From Blastocladiella emersonii ATCC 22665 (taxonomy: Eukaryota; Fungi; Blastocladiomycota): a DNA stretch of 64,000 nucleotides. A program made the translations under genes and the position numbers. This document shows positions 1 to 11,196 of this stretch, in pieces (the first letter of the stretch is position 1; each line of letters begins with the position of its first letter). The notes beneath the pieces are model-generated. The model saw only the letters and a program-made list of their open reading frames with translations, was not told the origin of the DNA and did no database searches. Location of the stretch: NCBI GenBank assembly GCA_025594325.1, contig JANHCV010000005.1:744001-808000 (forward strand). The letters run 5' to 3'.

Positions 1-880
1 ACGCGAACGTGGCGGTCGTCGGCGGCTCCGGCATGGGCGGGTCCGCGCCGTGCTCGCGCTTCGCCCCAGCGACGGTCAGCACGTTGGGGTTGAGCAGGCG
101 CCGGATCGCGTTCAGCATCACCGGCACGTCGGCCTCCTCCCACCCCTTTCCGGGCGTGCGGTTTCCAGGCGCCGTGGACAGCAGGCGCAGCACTGCGACG
201 ATCTCGGGCAAGGCGTGGCCCGCGAGCGCAGCGACGTACGCGTCGGCTTCCGCGGCGACCGTGCGCGCGTCAGCCATGGCGAGCGCGATGCTCAGGGCAG
301 GGCCAGTGCACGGCGCGACCGTCCCCTTGTCCTGGGACGGGTCGAGGTACACGAGCCGATACTGGACTGTCGCGTACCTGAGCAGCTGGCACCTGTGCAT
401 CCGGGCGTCAAGCGGCAGCGCGCCATTGGCGCTGAACGTGTCCCACGCCTGGTCGAGTGCTTGCCGGATCTCGCCGCGGTCCACGCGCCCCGTGCGCACG
501 AGCTGGGTCGCCGAGTCGTACGCGGGCTGCAGGAACCCAGCCGTCAGCTTGGGCACCCCGTCTCTTGGCGCAGGCATCTCGGCCGTGTTCTTGGCGGCGC
601 GCAGCAGGACGAGCCCGGGCACCGAGAAGTCGCGCGCGGCATGCGCGTCGGCTGTCGGCACGGGGTACGCGCCGGGCACGAGCTGGTGGCGGATGGCGGG
701 GATGGTGGGGACCGCGGGGACCGCGACGGGTAGGGCCGCCGTCTCAATGAGCGGCTGATTCGACGCCTGCGCCGGCACCTGGGACTGCGGGTAGGTCGGC
801 TACACTCGGCGGTCGCGCCGTCAGCACCGGTCATCAGGGTCCAAATCACAGCCGGGCGGCGCGGGCCATACGCCGTCCAT
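1..880 (-). CDS. Hypothetical protein, 3' end beyond the window edge
   Basis: ATG at 880 followed by a 9-nt exon (MDG). An inferred GTATGG...TGCTGAC...TAG intron at 871-800 joins in frame to an open exon 799->1 (PTYPQSQVPAQASNQPL...AEADAYVAALAGHALPEIVAVLRLL). The long plus-strand ORFs here are its antisense shadow. No family recognised. Confidence 0.6.
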
Positions 881-1020
881 GGCCGGTTGATCTGTTCGTT
901 GCCCAGATTTACGTTGCAGAGGACCAAGTCGGCCCGTGTGTGAAGCGGCGAGCGATGGCAGCGAGAGGAGGGGAGATCGCGGGGGTGGCCGGGCGGAGCG
1001 GAGCGGAGCCAAGTGATCAA

Positions 1021-1058
1021 CGCGAAACGCGAAACGCGAAACGCGAAACGCGACGCGA
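1021..1058. promoter_or_regulatory. Tandem (CGCGAAA)x4 plus CGCGA x2 array
   Basis: Four perfect CGCGAAA heptamers at 1021-1048, about 140-170 nt upstream of the minus-strand ATG at 880. The unit matches the SCB/E2F-like consensus. Confidence 0.55.
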
Positions 1059-1498
1059 CGTGCAGCAGCGCGGCCCAAAAATAACCCGCGTGTGGCGCAG
1101 CGCGATCAGCGCGCACAACGACGCGCATCCGCCACGCTCGCTCAGGGAGTCGCGTGCGGTACCGGTCTCACCTCACCGTCTCGCCGCGGGTGCGGAATGC
1201 AGCCGCGTCCCGAGTCCGGTTCGGCTGCACGGTGGCGTGAAAGCGCACGCTGTCCTCGGAGTTGACGCCGCCGCCATGGTGGTCTAGTGTCGTGCCTTAC
1301 CATTGCCATGGGCGCGATCCGCCATGCCGCATACCCAGTAGCTTGGCCGCTTCTTTGAGTCCACCGTGCGAGAGTTCGGTTGATGCAATACATTCATTCA
1401 ATCCGTGCTTGATCTACGAGTCCACTCCTCGTCTACGCTCCTCACCACCTGATTTGAGCGAGACCCGCATGATGAGAAGGAGAAGAACCAACACTGTA

Positions 1499-2940
1499 TC
1501 ACAACACTCCCGTGCTCACCGCGAGATACCGCGCAAACGCCTCGCGCACCTCCTTCGTCTCTGGCCCTCGGTCCGCGAGCGCCCACGCGAGCCGCGCCAT
1601 GGATTCAGCGCCGAGATCCTCGAGCCCGTACGCGTCGCGCGCCGTGTACTCGACGGCCCACCGCGGCCGCGGTGCCGTGAGGTTGAGGAAGAACTGCGTG
1701 TAGTCGAGGAGCGGGCCACCGCTGCGGTCGTACTCGACGCGGCGCACCGCCGAGTAGTAGTTGGGGACGACCGACGGGGCGACGAGGGCTACGCTGAGGT
1801 TCGCCGATTTCGGGGAAGGGAATGTAAGCGCCGAGTGTACCGCGCGCGCGTACTCGGACCGCGGAAGGTGCTGCCGCGTCATCTCGGTCACCGCAACCCC
1901 GCCGTTGGTCTCCTCGGTCGCGGACAGCAGGACAAAGTGATCGACGTTCACGTGCCCGAACACCTGCCCCGCGACCGCGTCGTCGAACTCGCGCACTATC
2001 TGCGCGTACCGCGCGAGACACTGCAGGGGCCACGCGTACCGCGCGGGCGGGACGTGGCCGGCAACGAGGACGCGGTCGCCGCTCGCCCGCGCGTCCTTGA
2101 GGACCGACTCGAGCCAAGCGAGATGCCGCGCGCCGACCGACCCGGGAACACAGTCCATCGCGGCGGGGTTCGACGCGTACCACAGGATCGTGTTGAGCGA
2201 GACCCCGACGACGCCGCGCGCGAGCGGGACCGCGTACCCGCCGAACTGCGCGAACCGCGCGCGCTCGGCGGGCGGGATGAAGGCTCGCCACGCGCCGTGG
2301 GCGACGGCAGCGAACAGTGGGTCGTGCTCCGTTGCGCTGTTGTGCGGGTACACGTCGTTGTTGCCGAGCGCCATGAGCACGGGGACGCCCGGCCACGTGG
2401 CGGCGAGCGCGTCGGCGACGGTCGTCAGCAGCGCGAGGTTCTCGGCCCACGGTTTCGCCAGGTTCGCGTCGTGCCGCGCGCTGTCGCCCGTCACCACGAT
2501 AAAGTCGGCGGGGCCCTGCGACTGCGCGAACGCGAGCGCCGACGAGAGCAGCGACGGCGGCGTGTCGCATAGCGTCAGCGGGGCGCCGAGCGGGGTACTC
2601 CGCGGGTCCGTCGCGGTCGTCGAGTTGGCGACGCGGTGGCACGACGCGGACGGCGGCGCGCCGGGCGTGTAGTGCGGGTCTACTCACGCTCACGCGTCAG
2701 GTCGACCACGTCTGCCGCTCAGCACGCAAGGGTACCAAGGTGAATGTCGGTGAGGTGCCAGAACCGGCCGGTCTCGGTGCCCTCGGCGCGCGGCTGGCGC
2801 GAGTACGGCCTGGCGGGGCCGGTTCCCAGCATGACGCGTTGCGCCTCACCCTGACCGCGCGGTCCGGCGGGGACAACGACGGCGACCGCGGATGCCGTCC
2901 ATTGCAGCAAGAGAAGCGCGAGGAGGGCGCAGAGTTTCAT
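1499..2940 (-). CDS. PPN1: Endopolyphosphatase Ppn1-like calcineurin-type metallophosphoesterase
   Basis: N-terminal hydrophobic signal or anchor (MKLCALLALLLL). Motifs FWHLTDIHLDPHY (spanning the intron at 2735-2680), TGDSARHD, GNND, GHVPP, GHVNVDHF and APSVVPNY are characteristic of the Ppn1/acid-sphingomyelinase-like family. Confidence 0.85.
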
Positions 2941-3005
2941 GGCACAGACTAGGGGTTGTATAGTATGGAAGAGAGCACGAGCACACGCGAGCGAGCGAGG
3001 ACCCG

Positions 3006-4597
3006 TCAGCACCCGCACGCGCCGGTTCCTGCCGGCTTGCAGCACGCTGTTGCTGGCGCTGCTCCCTCGCCCGCCGCCGCCGCCTTGGCCTTCTTGGGCC
3101 CACGCCCAGGAATCGGCCGCTTCGCGCCGCCCGCGGGCTTGACGCGGCGGCGGTGCCAGTTGACGCCCCACGGACCCGACGCGTCCTCGCGGGCGTAGTA
3201 GTCCATGGGGTAAACGTCGCGCCACTCGGACTCGCCGAGGACGACGGCGGCCTCGTATGGCGAGAGGAGCGGGGTAGCGAAGAAGCGGCCCCAGTCGATG
3301 GAGAGTCGCGGGCACGCGACCTGGACCCAGGCGCCGACGTCCGCGAACTCGGCGAGGCGGGCGGGGAAGATCTCGCTCATGCATACGACGACGACGGGGA
3401 TGCCGCGCTGGGCGAGCGCGTTGCGGACCCAGCCGAGCACGTCCGGGCTGCCCTGGCGGCCGAGCGTGCCCAGGATCAGGCCCCACTTCTTGGCAGCGCG
3501 CGCCGCGTCCATGGCGTCGATGCGCGCGCGGCGCATGTCGGCGTGGTCGTACCGCTCGCGCGTCAGCTGCGACGCGTACGGGTCGTACCGGTACGCGGGC
3601 AGGTCCGGGTTGTGGATCAGGATCGACTCGAGGTGGAACTTGCCGTCGCCCAGGTACACGACCGCGTCGATCGAGTCGTCGAGCCGCGGGGAGGTGCACC
3701 CGAGGATCTCGCCGGGACTCAGCGGCTTGGTCTGCGGCACCATCACGTCGTAGTGCGCCGCGAGCTCCTGCTTAGCGACGTGCAGGCTGCCGACGAACTG
3801 GATCGTCGCCACGAGCGCGAGCCGCGAGCCCAGCTCGAGGTTGTGCTTGACAATGTCGACGAAATGCGACACGTCGAACTGGATGTCGACAAACACGTAC
3901 AGCGTCTTGATGGTGGTCACGTCGACGGGGACTACGGCGGGGGATTGGGTCAGCAATCGGCCGTCACTTCAAGAGAACCAGGCAGATACGCACTCAAGCA
4001 CGAGTGGCCGTAATGCACCATGAAATCGCACCCGAGCGCGCGCGCCGTGAAGTCGTCGACGCAGCACGCGCCGTAGGTCACGTCGCCCATGATGACGGTA
4101 TCGACGCCCGTGAACTGCTCGAGAATGTCGGACAGAATACACGCAAACATCTGGAGACCCTCGGGCAGCTGCAGGGCGACGCGCTTGGCGCCGCACTCGG
4201 TGATCTGGTGCACCGTCTTGTGGATCTCAAAGTTGTAGTTGGCCGGCAGCGTCGCAATCGCCGCGTTGAGCAGCGGGTTGTGCAGGATCTCGTCCGGAAT
4301 CGCCCCGCGCTTCACCTTGCCCGCTGCGCCGCCGGAGGTGCCCGTGCCGAGCTGCACCAGCGCGCCCGCGTCCTCGATCGACGCCTGCGAGCCCGAGTTC
4401 GCGGCGGCGGCGGCGGTGGCGTCCTCCGAGGGGGTGCCGCCGGCCGACTTGACGACGGCATCCACCTTGCGCGAGCTGCCGACGAAGCGCTTGCGCGCGA
4501 CCTTGGCTGGCGCCGCCGCGGCGGTCGTCGTCTCGGGAGCCGCGGCCGGTGGCGTCGGCGTCGACGTTGCAGTTACATTCGAGGGTGGCGATGACAT
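3006..4597 (-). CDS. DPH1: Diphthamide biosynthesis protein 1 (2-(3-amino-3-carboxypropyl)histidine synthase subunit)
   Basis: [43 protein letters not shown] (across the intron at 3993-3932), [21 protein letters not shown] and YPMDYY. Confidence 0.95.
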
Positions 4598-4797
4598 GGT
4601 TGCTTCGTTGCGGTATGGGTCTAGGGGAGTAGAGGTGGTCAAGGTGTGCCTACGCCCCTTCGCAGCATCGGCCACCGCCGCAACGTGACGTGTTGTTGGG
4701 CGGGCTCGGCTGACTGGCCGCCAATCTAACCGCGCGTTGACCGACGCGCCTCCCCGGTCCCTGCCCTCAACAACGACAACACGTAACGCTATACACC

Positions 4798-5250
4798 ATG
4801 ATCGCTTCCGCTCTCCGCAACGCTGCGCGCCGGTCGGCCACGGGCGTCCGCCGCTACACGTCGGGCAAGGTCGCCGAGGTGACGGGCGAGGCGTTCGCCA
4901 AGACCATCACGTCGTCGAAGGTGCCCGTGCTCGTCGACTTTTACGCCACGTACGGTCCCTCCCTGACTGGTTACCTGCCTGAAATCTCACGCGAACTCTC
5001 GCGCGCGTGTAGGTGGTGCGGCCCGTGCCGCATGCTGGCGCCGGCGCTCGCGACCGTGGCCGAGCAGAACGCGGCGACGCTGGCCGTGGTCAAGGTGGAC
5101 ACGGACGAGGCCATGGAGGTGGCCGTCAAGTACGGCATCTCGGCGCTGCCGACCGTGGTGCTGTTCAAGAACGGCCACGAGGTGGACCGCTTCATGGGCG
5201 TGCGCAACGCCGAGGCCGTGCAGGCGTTCGTCGACCAGCACAAGGAGTAA
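4798..5250 (+). CDS. Mitochondrial thioredoxin
   Basis: Arg/Ala/Ser-rich presequence ([20 protein letters not shown]). Removing a 63-nt in-frame intron at 4950-5012 restores VDFYATWCGPC. Also contains [13 protein letters not shown]. Confidence 0.9.
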   Translation: MIASALRNAARRSATGVRRYTSGKVAEVTGEAFAKTITSSKVPVLVDFYATYGPSLTGYLPEISRELSRACRWCGPCRMLAPALATVAEQNAATLAVVKVDTDEAMEVAVKYGISALPTVVLFKNGHEVDRFMGVRNAEAVQAFVDQHKE

Positions 5251-5425
5251 GTTCACGATACACATGCTTTGGGCATTCGCCCGCGTCGTGGAGCACCGAG
5301 TCGCGACGAGAGAGAGCGAGAGCTAGCGAGCGAGGTATGGACAGGACGATCGTGATAACAAATGGACAACAGGCGAGAGAGAATGAGGGGGCGGGTGGGG
5401 TAGTGTTGCAGGCGGGAACGACCGC

Positions 5426-5735
5426 TTACTGCTCCTGCTGCTGCTCGAGCTGGCGGCGCTTGTGCTCGCGCACCAGAGCCAGGGCCTTCTCGAGCTCCAC
5501 CTCCTGGCGCTGCTGCACGCCGTACAGCCAGTAGCCGAACGCGCCGAAGATGGTCGCCGCACCAGCGTGGCCAGCGGCGCCTACACACGTTGGTGGTGAG
5601 CGTCCTGGACCGGAAACCGCGGCGATCCGGCACCGACGTACCCGACAGCGGGTGCCGGCGCTCAATGGCGTTGGCAAAGGCGCGGGCGGTCAGACCGAAC
5701 GCGGCCCAGCCGGTCACACTCGTGAACAGGGTCAT
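5426..5735 (-). CDS. NADH:ubiquinone oxidoreductase accessory subunit, NDUFC2/B14.5b-like
   Basis: About 82 aa after removing the intron at 5641-5581: GWAAFGLTARAFANAIERRHPL...GAFGYWLYGVQQRQEVELEK. This follows the fungal B14.5b pattern (W.GFGL.VR...GIE.RP / FGYWL..V..RQ). Confidence 0.75.
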
Positions 5736-6078
5736 GGTTTCTCAAATTGGGCGTGGGGTGATGGTGCTGGGTGGTCGCGCAACGAGCGGGGATCGCGGCT
5801 GCTGCGTCGTCGGTGATTCGTGGACCGGTGGAAGTGGGCTCCGCGGGCAGACTGCGCAAAGTCGCAGGTCGGGTCGATACGTTGCAGATGGTGGCTCCGT
5901 CGTGCGTCGTCGCTTCGGTCGCTGGCCCGCTCAAAGCGACGGTGCAGCGAGCGGGGCGATGCAAAGCCGGCGAGTGGCGTGCGGTCACGCGGGCGGGGCC
6001 GATGATGGGTGTGGCAGGTCGATCGCTCGCGTTTTGTGAGACGCGTCGCGCCTCGCTTCGCTGCCTCTCCCCTTGACC

Positions 6079-7592
6079 ATGGACTCGACATTTATGAGCA
6101 CGCTGCGGCGGGACTCAACCCGCGGCGGCCGGCGCACGCCGTGGCTCCCGCCGTCGCCCACGAAACACGCGGCGCACCACCACTCGACGGCGCGCAGCAC
6201 GGTCGCCGACTTTCTGCACTCGTCGCAGCGGTTCCTCAACGATGCCGCTCGACGCATGGTCACCGAGGAGGAGGCCGTGCGCGCCCTGCGCCGCGAGCAC
6301 GACTCGGTGCTCCAGGAGCTCAAGGGGCTCGACCCGCGCCGCGTGCCGATCCTGCCGCGTGCGGGGGAACCCAGTCGGCCGCCGCCATCGTACGGGATTT
6401 TTGAGATGGAGGGACGAGCTCGGGCTGACTCTGGCCGCCGATGTAGCGACCGCCGGTCCGACTTCCCGACGGTCGAGGGCAAGTACTTCCGGTCCACGAG
6501 CTCGTCCCCCGCGCCGTGGGCCGACGACCTGCCGCCGCCCCGGAACCCGTACGCGCCGCCTGCCCCACCACCGCCGCCCCCTCCTCCGCCCGCGCGGTCA
6601 CCCGGCTCGCCGCCGCCGCGCCGCACTTCTGCCACCTCGCCGCCGCGTGACCCAGCATGGACGCGTTCGCCAACCAAACACGCGGTCCCGGCGTACCACG
6701 ACCGGAGCGCGTGGTCGGCGACGCTCGAGACGGCGCGCGAGGACCTGATCCACAAGGGCATCTCGGGCATCTACTCGCTCGGCCGCCCTGCTGCACGGGC
6801 AAAGCGACCCGAGACACCGCCGCCGGGACCCGAGATGCCACCGCCGCTCGAGTCGGTCATCTTCGACGTCCAGGCGGCCGCGGCTGAGGCCGAGTCGGCG
6901 GCGCACGGCGAGGAGGAGGGGCACGGCGACCGCGGGATCCCGGATATCCGGTTCCAGTCGCCCGAGCCGCTCGATGTCGTCGGCGAGTTCCGCCGCGCGT
7001 GTGGGCTCGACGGGGCCGCGGTCGCGGGGGCGGCTGCGGGTGTGAGGGAGCCGGCGCCGACGCACTACTGTACGGTCCCTTTCTCTCTCTCATCCGGTCG
7101 GCCATCCTGACGTGGCGGTGTGTAGACTCAGGCAACTTCATTGCAACCGCATCCCCCTCGCTCGTCCTGCTCGGCGGCGGCCGCGCGCCCGCCGACGACG
7201 ACCCGCCCGTCAAGGTGCGCATCCCGGCCGCCGTTGCCGCGGAGCTGCAGGCATACCGCAAGCCGACGCGCGTCCAGTCGCGTTCCACGTACAACGACGA
7301 GGCTAGTATGGCCCTCAACGACGTACGCTCGCTCGCCGTGCCGGGGGAAACCGGGCCCTCGCTAACGAGCGACGTGTAGCATCTGCACTCGGGCTGCCGG
7401 CCTAACCTGTACGCGCGGCCCGCGCAGCTGAACCGGGCCACCATATCGCTGCGCGGGCACCTCGCGCCGCCCTCGTTGGCCAAGTCCCGGCAGCAGACGG
7501 CGTGGGCGCCGCACAGCGTGCTGGCTGACCCGCGAAGCGGCGAGTTTGGGCGCGCTGCGTGGACGTACCGCGGTGCGTCGTCGGGTGTGTGA
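6079..7592 (+). CDS. Hypothetical Pro-rich protein
   Basis: Open exons linked by inferred introns near 6359-6446, 7068-7124 and 7323-7379 (branch CTAAC, acceptor TGTAG). The last exon HLHSGCRPNLYARPAQ...AWTYRGASSGV ends at TGA 7590-7592. Contains two SPTKHA motifs. No family recognised. Confidence 0.55.
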
Positions 7593-7625
7593 TGAAATGG
7601 AAGAGCATTGTGTATTAAACTGCAT

Positions 7626-8187
7626 CTACATGTCGTTGGCGGTGCCGTCGCGTGGCCGGTACCGCATGCCGCGGCGCTCCAGCTCGTCCTCGATCTCCTC
7701 GGGCAGACGGCCGTTGACCTTGAGCGCGTACAGGCCGGGGACGTGGCTGTCTGAGGGCACGGTGTGCGGTTAGTGGATGTTAGTGGGGGGGGGGGGGGGG
7801 GGGTGAGTGGCGAGTAGCATACCCACGCGCTGCCACTTGGCGACCCACGACCGGTCGGGGTTCATCATCGCGATAGTCCTACCCGACACATTCGTCAGCC
7901 CATCGCGAACTCGCACCGCACGACATCGGTGTCGCCGTACCCCTCAAAGAACTGCGTGGTGCACGACCCGACGCGCTCGGGGCGGTCGCGTAGCCTCAGA
8001 ATCTCCTCGCAGTTGTCGCACCCGTCGCGGCGGAACTGCGTCTGGCTCTATTATGAGATGCCCTCCATGTCAGCGACGTGGCGTCTCCGCGGGACGCGGC
8101 AGGACATGCCTTGACGAGCGAGCACAGCATGCACGCGCGGAGCCCGCGCTTGTCCTTTGGCAGCGTCTCCATGTTCATGTTATTCAT
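7626..8187 (-). CDS. SPT4: Transcription elongation factor Spt4
   Basis: Exons give LRACMLCSLVK / QFRRDGCDNCEEIL...CTTQFFEG / IAMMNPDRSWVAKWQRV / PGLYALKVNGRLPEEIEDEL. Stop TAG at 7628-7626. Three introns inferred. Confidence 0.93.
7785..7803. repeat. G19 homopolymer inside an SPT4 intron (poly-C on the sense strand)
   Basis: Run of 19 G read directly from the sequence. Confidence 0.9.
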
Positions 8188-8473
8188 GGTGCGTGTGCGG
8201 TTGCGTTGCAGCGAGTGGGAATCGCAGGTTCCTCGACTACTGGGTTTGCAGGGAGAGAGAGAAAAGGTAGACCAAGAGCAGCGAAAAAGCGAAAGCGCCT
8301 TGACGAGCGTCACGTTCCGCGTCATGTGATAGACGCGTCCATGTCTCGCACCCTCGGCGCGACGCGTCGCAGCGCTGTCGTCGTCGCGCTCGATTATGCG
8401 CTGGATCGGTGGTAGTCATACCTGAATCAAACGACCACACTCCTTGCAACGAAGCACACACACGAAACGCACC

Positions 8474-9519
8474 ATGTCCGGCAGCGGCAACAATCAGCGA
8501 AAGCCCGGCGGGCTGTTCGACGTGATCAAGGTCCGTCCGCACCCGTTCGCGCGACCACCTCCACCACCAACACTCACACCCCTTCCTTCACGTAGACGGC
8601 GTTCGTGCCCAGTGAGACCGCGAAGCTGCGCGACAAGGCGGTGCAGCTGGACTCGGTCAAGAAGCTCGTTGACGAGGCCGAGAAGTGTCTCCCGAGCACC
8701 AAGTCGACGCTGCGGCGGGACCGCCCCGACGAGACGGTCCGGTCCATCGAGTCCTTCATCACGGGCGCGATCCACACCATCAACACGCTGCGCGACGCCT
8801 CCGCGCGGGACGCCCAGCGCATCGGGCACCTGGAGACCGAGCTCGCGGCTGCGAGCGGTGCTCTCGCCGCACAGGCCGCGGAAGCCGAGCGCGAGCGCGA
8901 CGGAGCCGCCGCCGAGATCGAGCACCTCCGGCTCGCGCTCGCGTCGGCGTGGGACCTCGCGCAGAAGCGCACCCGCGACCTCGACGGCGCGCGCCGCGCG
9001 CTCGCGCGGTCCCAGTCGGCCGCCGGCGAGGACCGGCTCCGGCTCGCGTTCCTCCGCGCCGTCGTCGACGAGCGCAACCTGTTTGGGCTCGCGGTCCCGA
9101 GCGCGGATGCGGGCGTCGACCCGGCCATGGTCCCGCTCCCGCCGAGCCGCGCAGCGACGCCCGTGTTCGACTTCAACTTTGCCGAGATGTGCGCGATCGC
9201 GCTGCCGCCGAGCCGGCCCGAGACGCCCGTGCTTGAACCCGCGACGGTCCCAGCCCCGCTGTCCGCGACCGAGTCGGCCATGGAGCTGCTCCCGACCATC
9301 GACGCCGAGGTCGTGAGCAGCGTGTCGGCGGAGCACAAGGTCGACTCGCTCAACGACCTGCACCGGATGCACGCGCGCGGCGACAGCATCGGCTGCAGCG
9401 ACGCGAACCTGGCGGCGGCCGCGTCGTCGGCCACGCTGCTCCCGAGCGGCGGCGCGTCGGTCGTGTTCGGCAAGGCCAACTCGGTGCCCGCGCTCCTGCC
9501 CGTGCTCCCCGTCGAATGA
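8474..9519 (+). CDS. Hypothetical coiled-coil protein
   Basis: ATG at 8474 (MSGSGNNQRKPGGLFDVIK) and an intron at 8531-8595 in frame with ORF 8605-9519. Long Ala/Glu/Arg heptad region (LETELAAASGALAAQAAEAERERD...). Duplicated LPPSR..TPV motif. Confidence 0.7.
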
Positions 9520-9571
9520 AGATTGTGACTTGTTTGGTGGAATCCTTCTATAAACTGTTTAACAACCTGGA

Positions 9572-10642
9572 CTACAATGGGGACACAAAGTCGCCGCTGG
9601 ACGAGTGGATCCCCTGGCTCGACGACGTGGTGTGCGTTGGTCCCGTCGAGAAGCCCTGCGGCGTGAGCACGCCGCCCTTACCGTTCGCGCCGATCGGGTG
9701 CAGCGGGAACGTGCCCTGGAGCCCGCCGATCGTGCTGGTCGCGCCGGGCCCGCCGACACCCCCAATCCCGCCAAACCCGGTCCCGGGCTGCTGCGCGCTC
9801 GACGCGGCCACCTTCTTCTTGAGCATGCGGCTGAGCGTGAGCAGGAACAGGCAGAACATGCGGAGCCGGATCGACTCGGCCATGTAGATGGAGCTCCACA
9901 GCGGGTCGAGCGACGGCGCGATCGAGACGAGCGCGTTGGCGGCGATGATGAGCGCGCACTCGAACCCGAGGATCCACGTCACGCGGCGCAGCATGTCCGC
10001 GAACCCACGGCGCAGGGACTGCCCGCCCGTCGACTGGCCCAGGTTCTTGAGCAGCGTGACGAAGGCGAGCGAGATGGCGCCGTTGACAAGGGCGTCGAAC
10101 ACGGACCACGCGCTGAACATGAGGTCCACGGCCTCGGTGAACGACGTGTCCCCCGTATCCTGCTTGCGCATGTACGCGAGCACGTAGAGCGCGTTGTTGA
10201 CGGTGCACAGTAGCGCCGAGAAGATGGACAGGAACAGGAGGACTTTGCTGAGCTTCGGCATACGCGCGAGCCCGATCGAGTAGAAGCGTGACATGTTGAG
10301 GCCGACGAACCCGACGCCGCCGATCCACGCGAAGAAGAGCGACGCGATGCTCGCCGTCAAGTTGATGTCGGCGGCCATGACCGTGACCTTGCCCGAGGTG
10401 CCCTCGGTCGTCTGCAACATGTTCGCGTTGGCCACGTTGCCCAGCAGCAGGTCGATCGAGTGGCACAGCGCGACCAGCGCGAGCCACAGGTAGTACTTGG
10501 ACTGCGCGGCGCGCCGCCACAGCATGACCGACGTGATGATGGTCGACGCGTCGATGGCCATGGAGATGCCCAGCGTGAAGGAGCCCGGCGACCACACGAA
10601 CTCGCCGCTCGTCGCGCTTGTTGCGATGGAGGTTGATGACAT
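9572..10642 (-). CDS. Orphan seven-transmembrane (GPCR-like) protein
   Basis: Single-exon 356-aa ORF with seven hydrophobic segments, no signal peptide, RF at the end of TM3, and a Gly/Ser/Thr-rich C-terminal tail. Confidence 0.75.
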   Translation of the reverse strand: MSSTSIATSATSGEFVWSPGSFTLGISMAIDASTIITSVMLWRRAAQSKYYLWLALVALCHSIDLLLGNVANANMLQTTEGTSGKVTVMAADINLTASIASLFFAWIGGVGFVGLNMSRFYSIGLARMPKLSKVLLFLSIFSALLCTVNNALYVLAYMRKQDTGDTSFTEAVDLMFSAWSVFDALVNGAISLAFVTLLKNLGQSTGGQSLRRGFADMLRRVTWILGFECALIIAANALVSIAPSLDPLWSSIYMAESIRLRMFCLFLLTLSRMLKKKVAASSAQQPGTGFGGIGGVGGPGATSTIGGLQGTFPLHPIGANGKGGVLTPQGFSTGPTHTTSSSQGIHSSSGDFVSPL

Positions 10643-11196
10643 GGTGGTAGTGTGGTGGTTGGTGAGGGGCGAGAGTCTGCTTGAGTGCGCGGACGCTGTC
10701 TACGCCGGTCTACGGAGTAGCAGCGAGCGAGCAGACGAGCAGGAGCGTGAGTGCGAACAGAGCAAGAGCCGTGGTGGTCGAGGGGGAGTCCCCGCTCTTT
10801 ATTCATTCCGCGCGGTCCCCGGCCGGCTGCCGGCCGACGGCCAAGACGTATGCTTGTCGCCGTGCTTGTGCCGACGGCAACTTCCCGCTCCGACGCCGCG
10901 GGCCAATGAAGAGACGTCACCCGGACGATACCGTATCCAAGTTGACTCCCCGCATGACGACAACGAGTTGTGGCGCAGCGCCGAGCGGGCCCCAGCCACC
11001 GCCACGTCGGGCGATGGTTGGCCACAGCGGTGAACGGGGCGGCGCCTCACTTTGCACAAGAACATGGGTGGCGCAGCCGCGTTGATTAGGCTCCCGCGTT
11101 CGAGAAGGGCGGTGGTGCAAAGGTGGGGTACTGTTGTTGTATAAAAATTGTCTAGCGCAGCAAACGGCGCCAGGAGTCGGTTTGACATCACGATCA

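Noticed and set aside
9-758. Long plus-strand ORFs at the window start, and many similar Arg/Ala/Pro-rich ORFs throughout
   Set aside because: They are antisense or off-frame shadows of real genes. High GC suppresses stop codons, and the translations lack motifs and GC3 bias.
6857-7625. Cys-containing minus-strand ORFs (LCGAHAVCC...PECRC)
   Set aside because: The plus strand gives a cleaner spliced model with a canonical branch point and acceptor at 7379, so these ORFs are its antisense.
9572-10642. Possible microbial rhodopsin
   Set aside because: No Schiff-base Lys in a DxxxK context in helix 7, and no counter-ion motif in helix 3.
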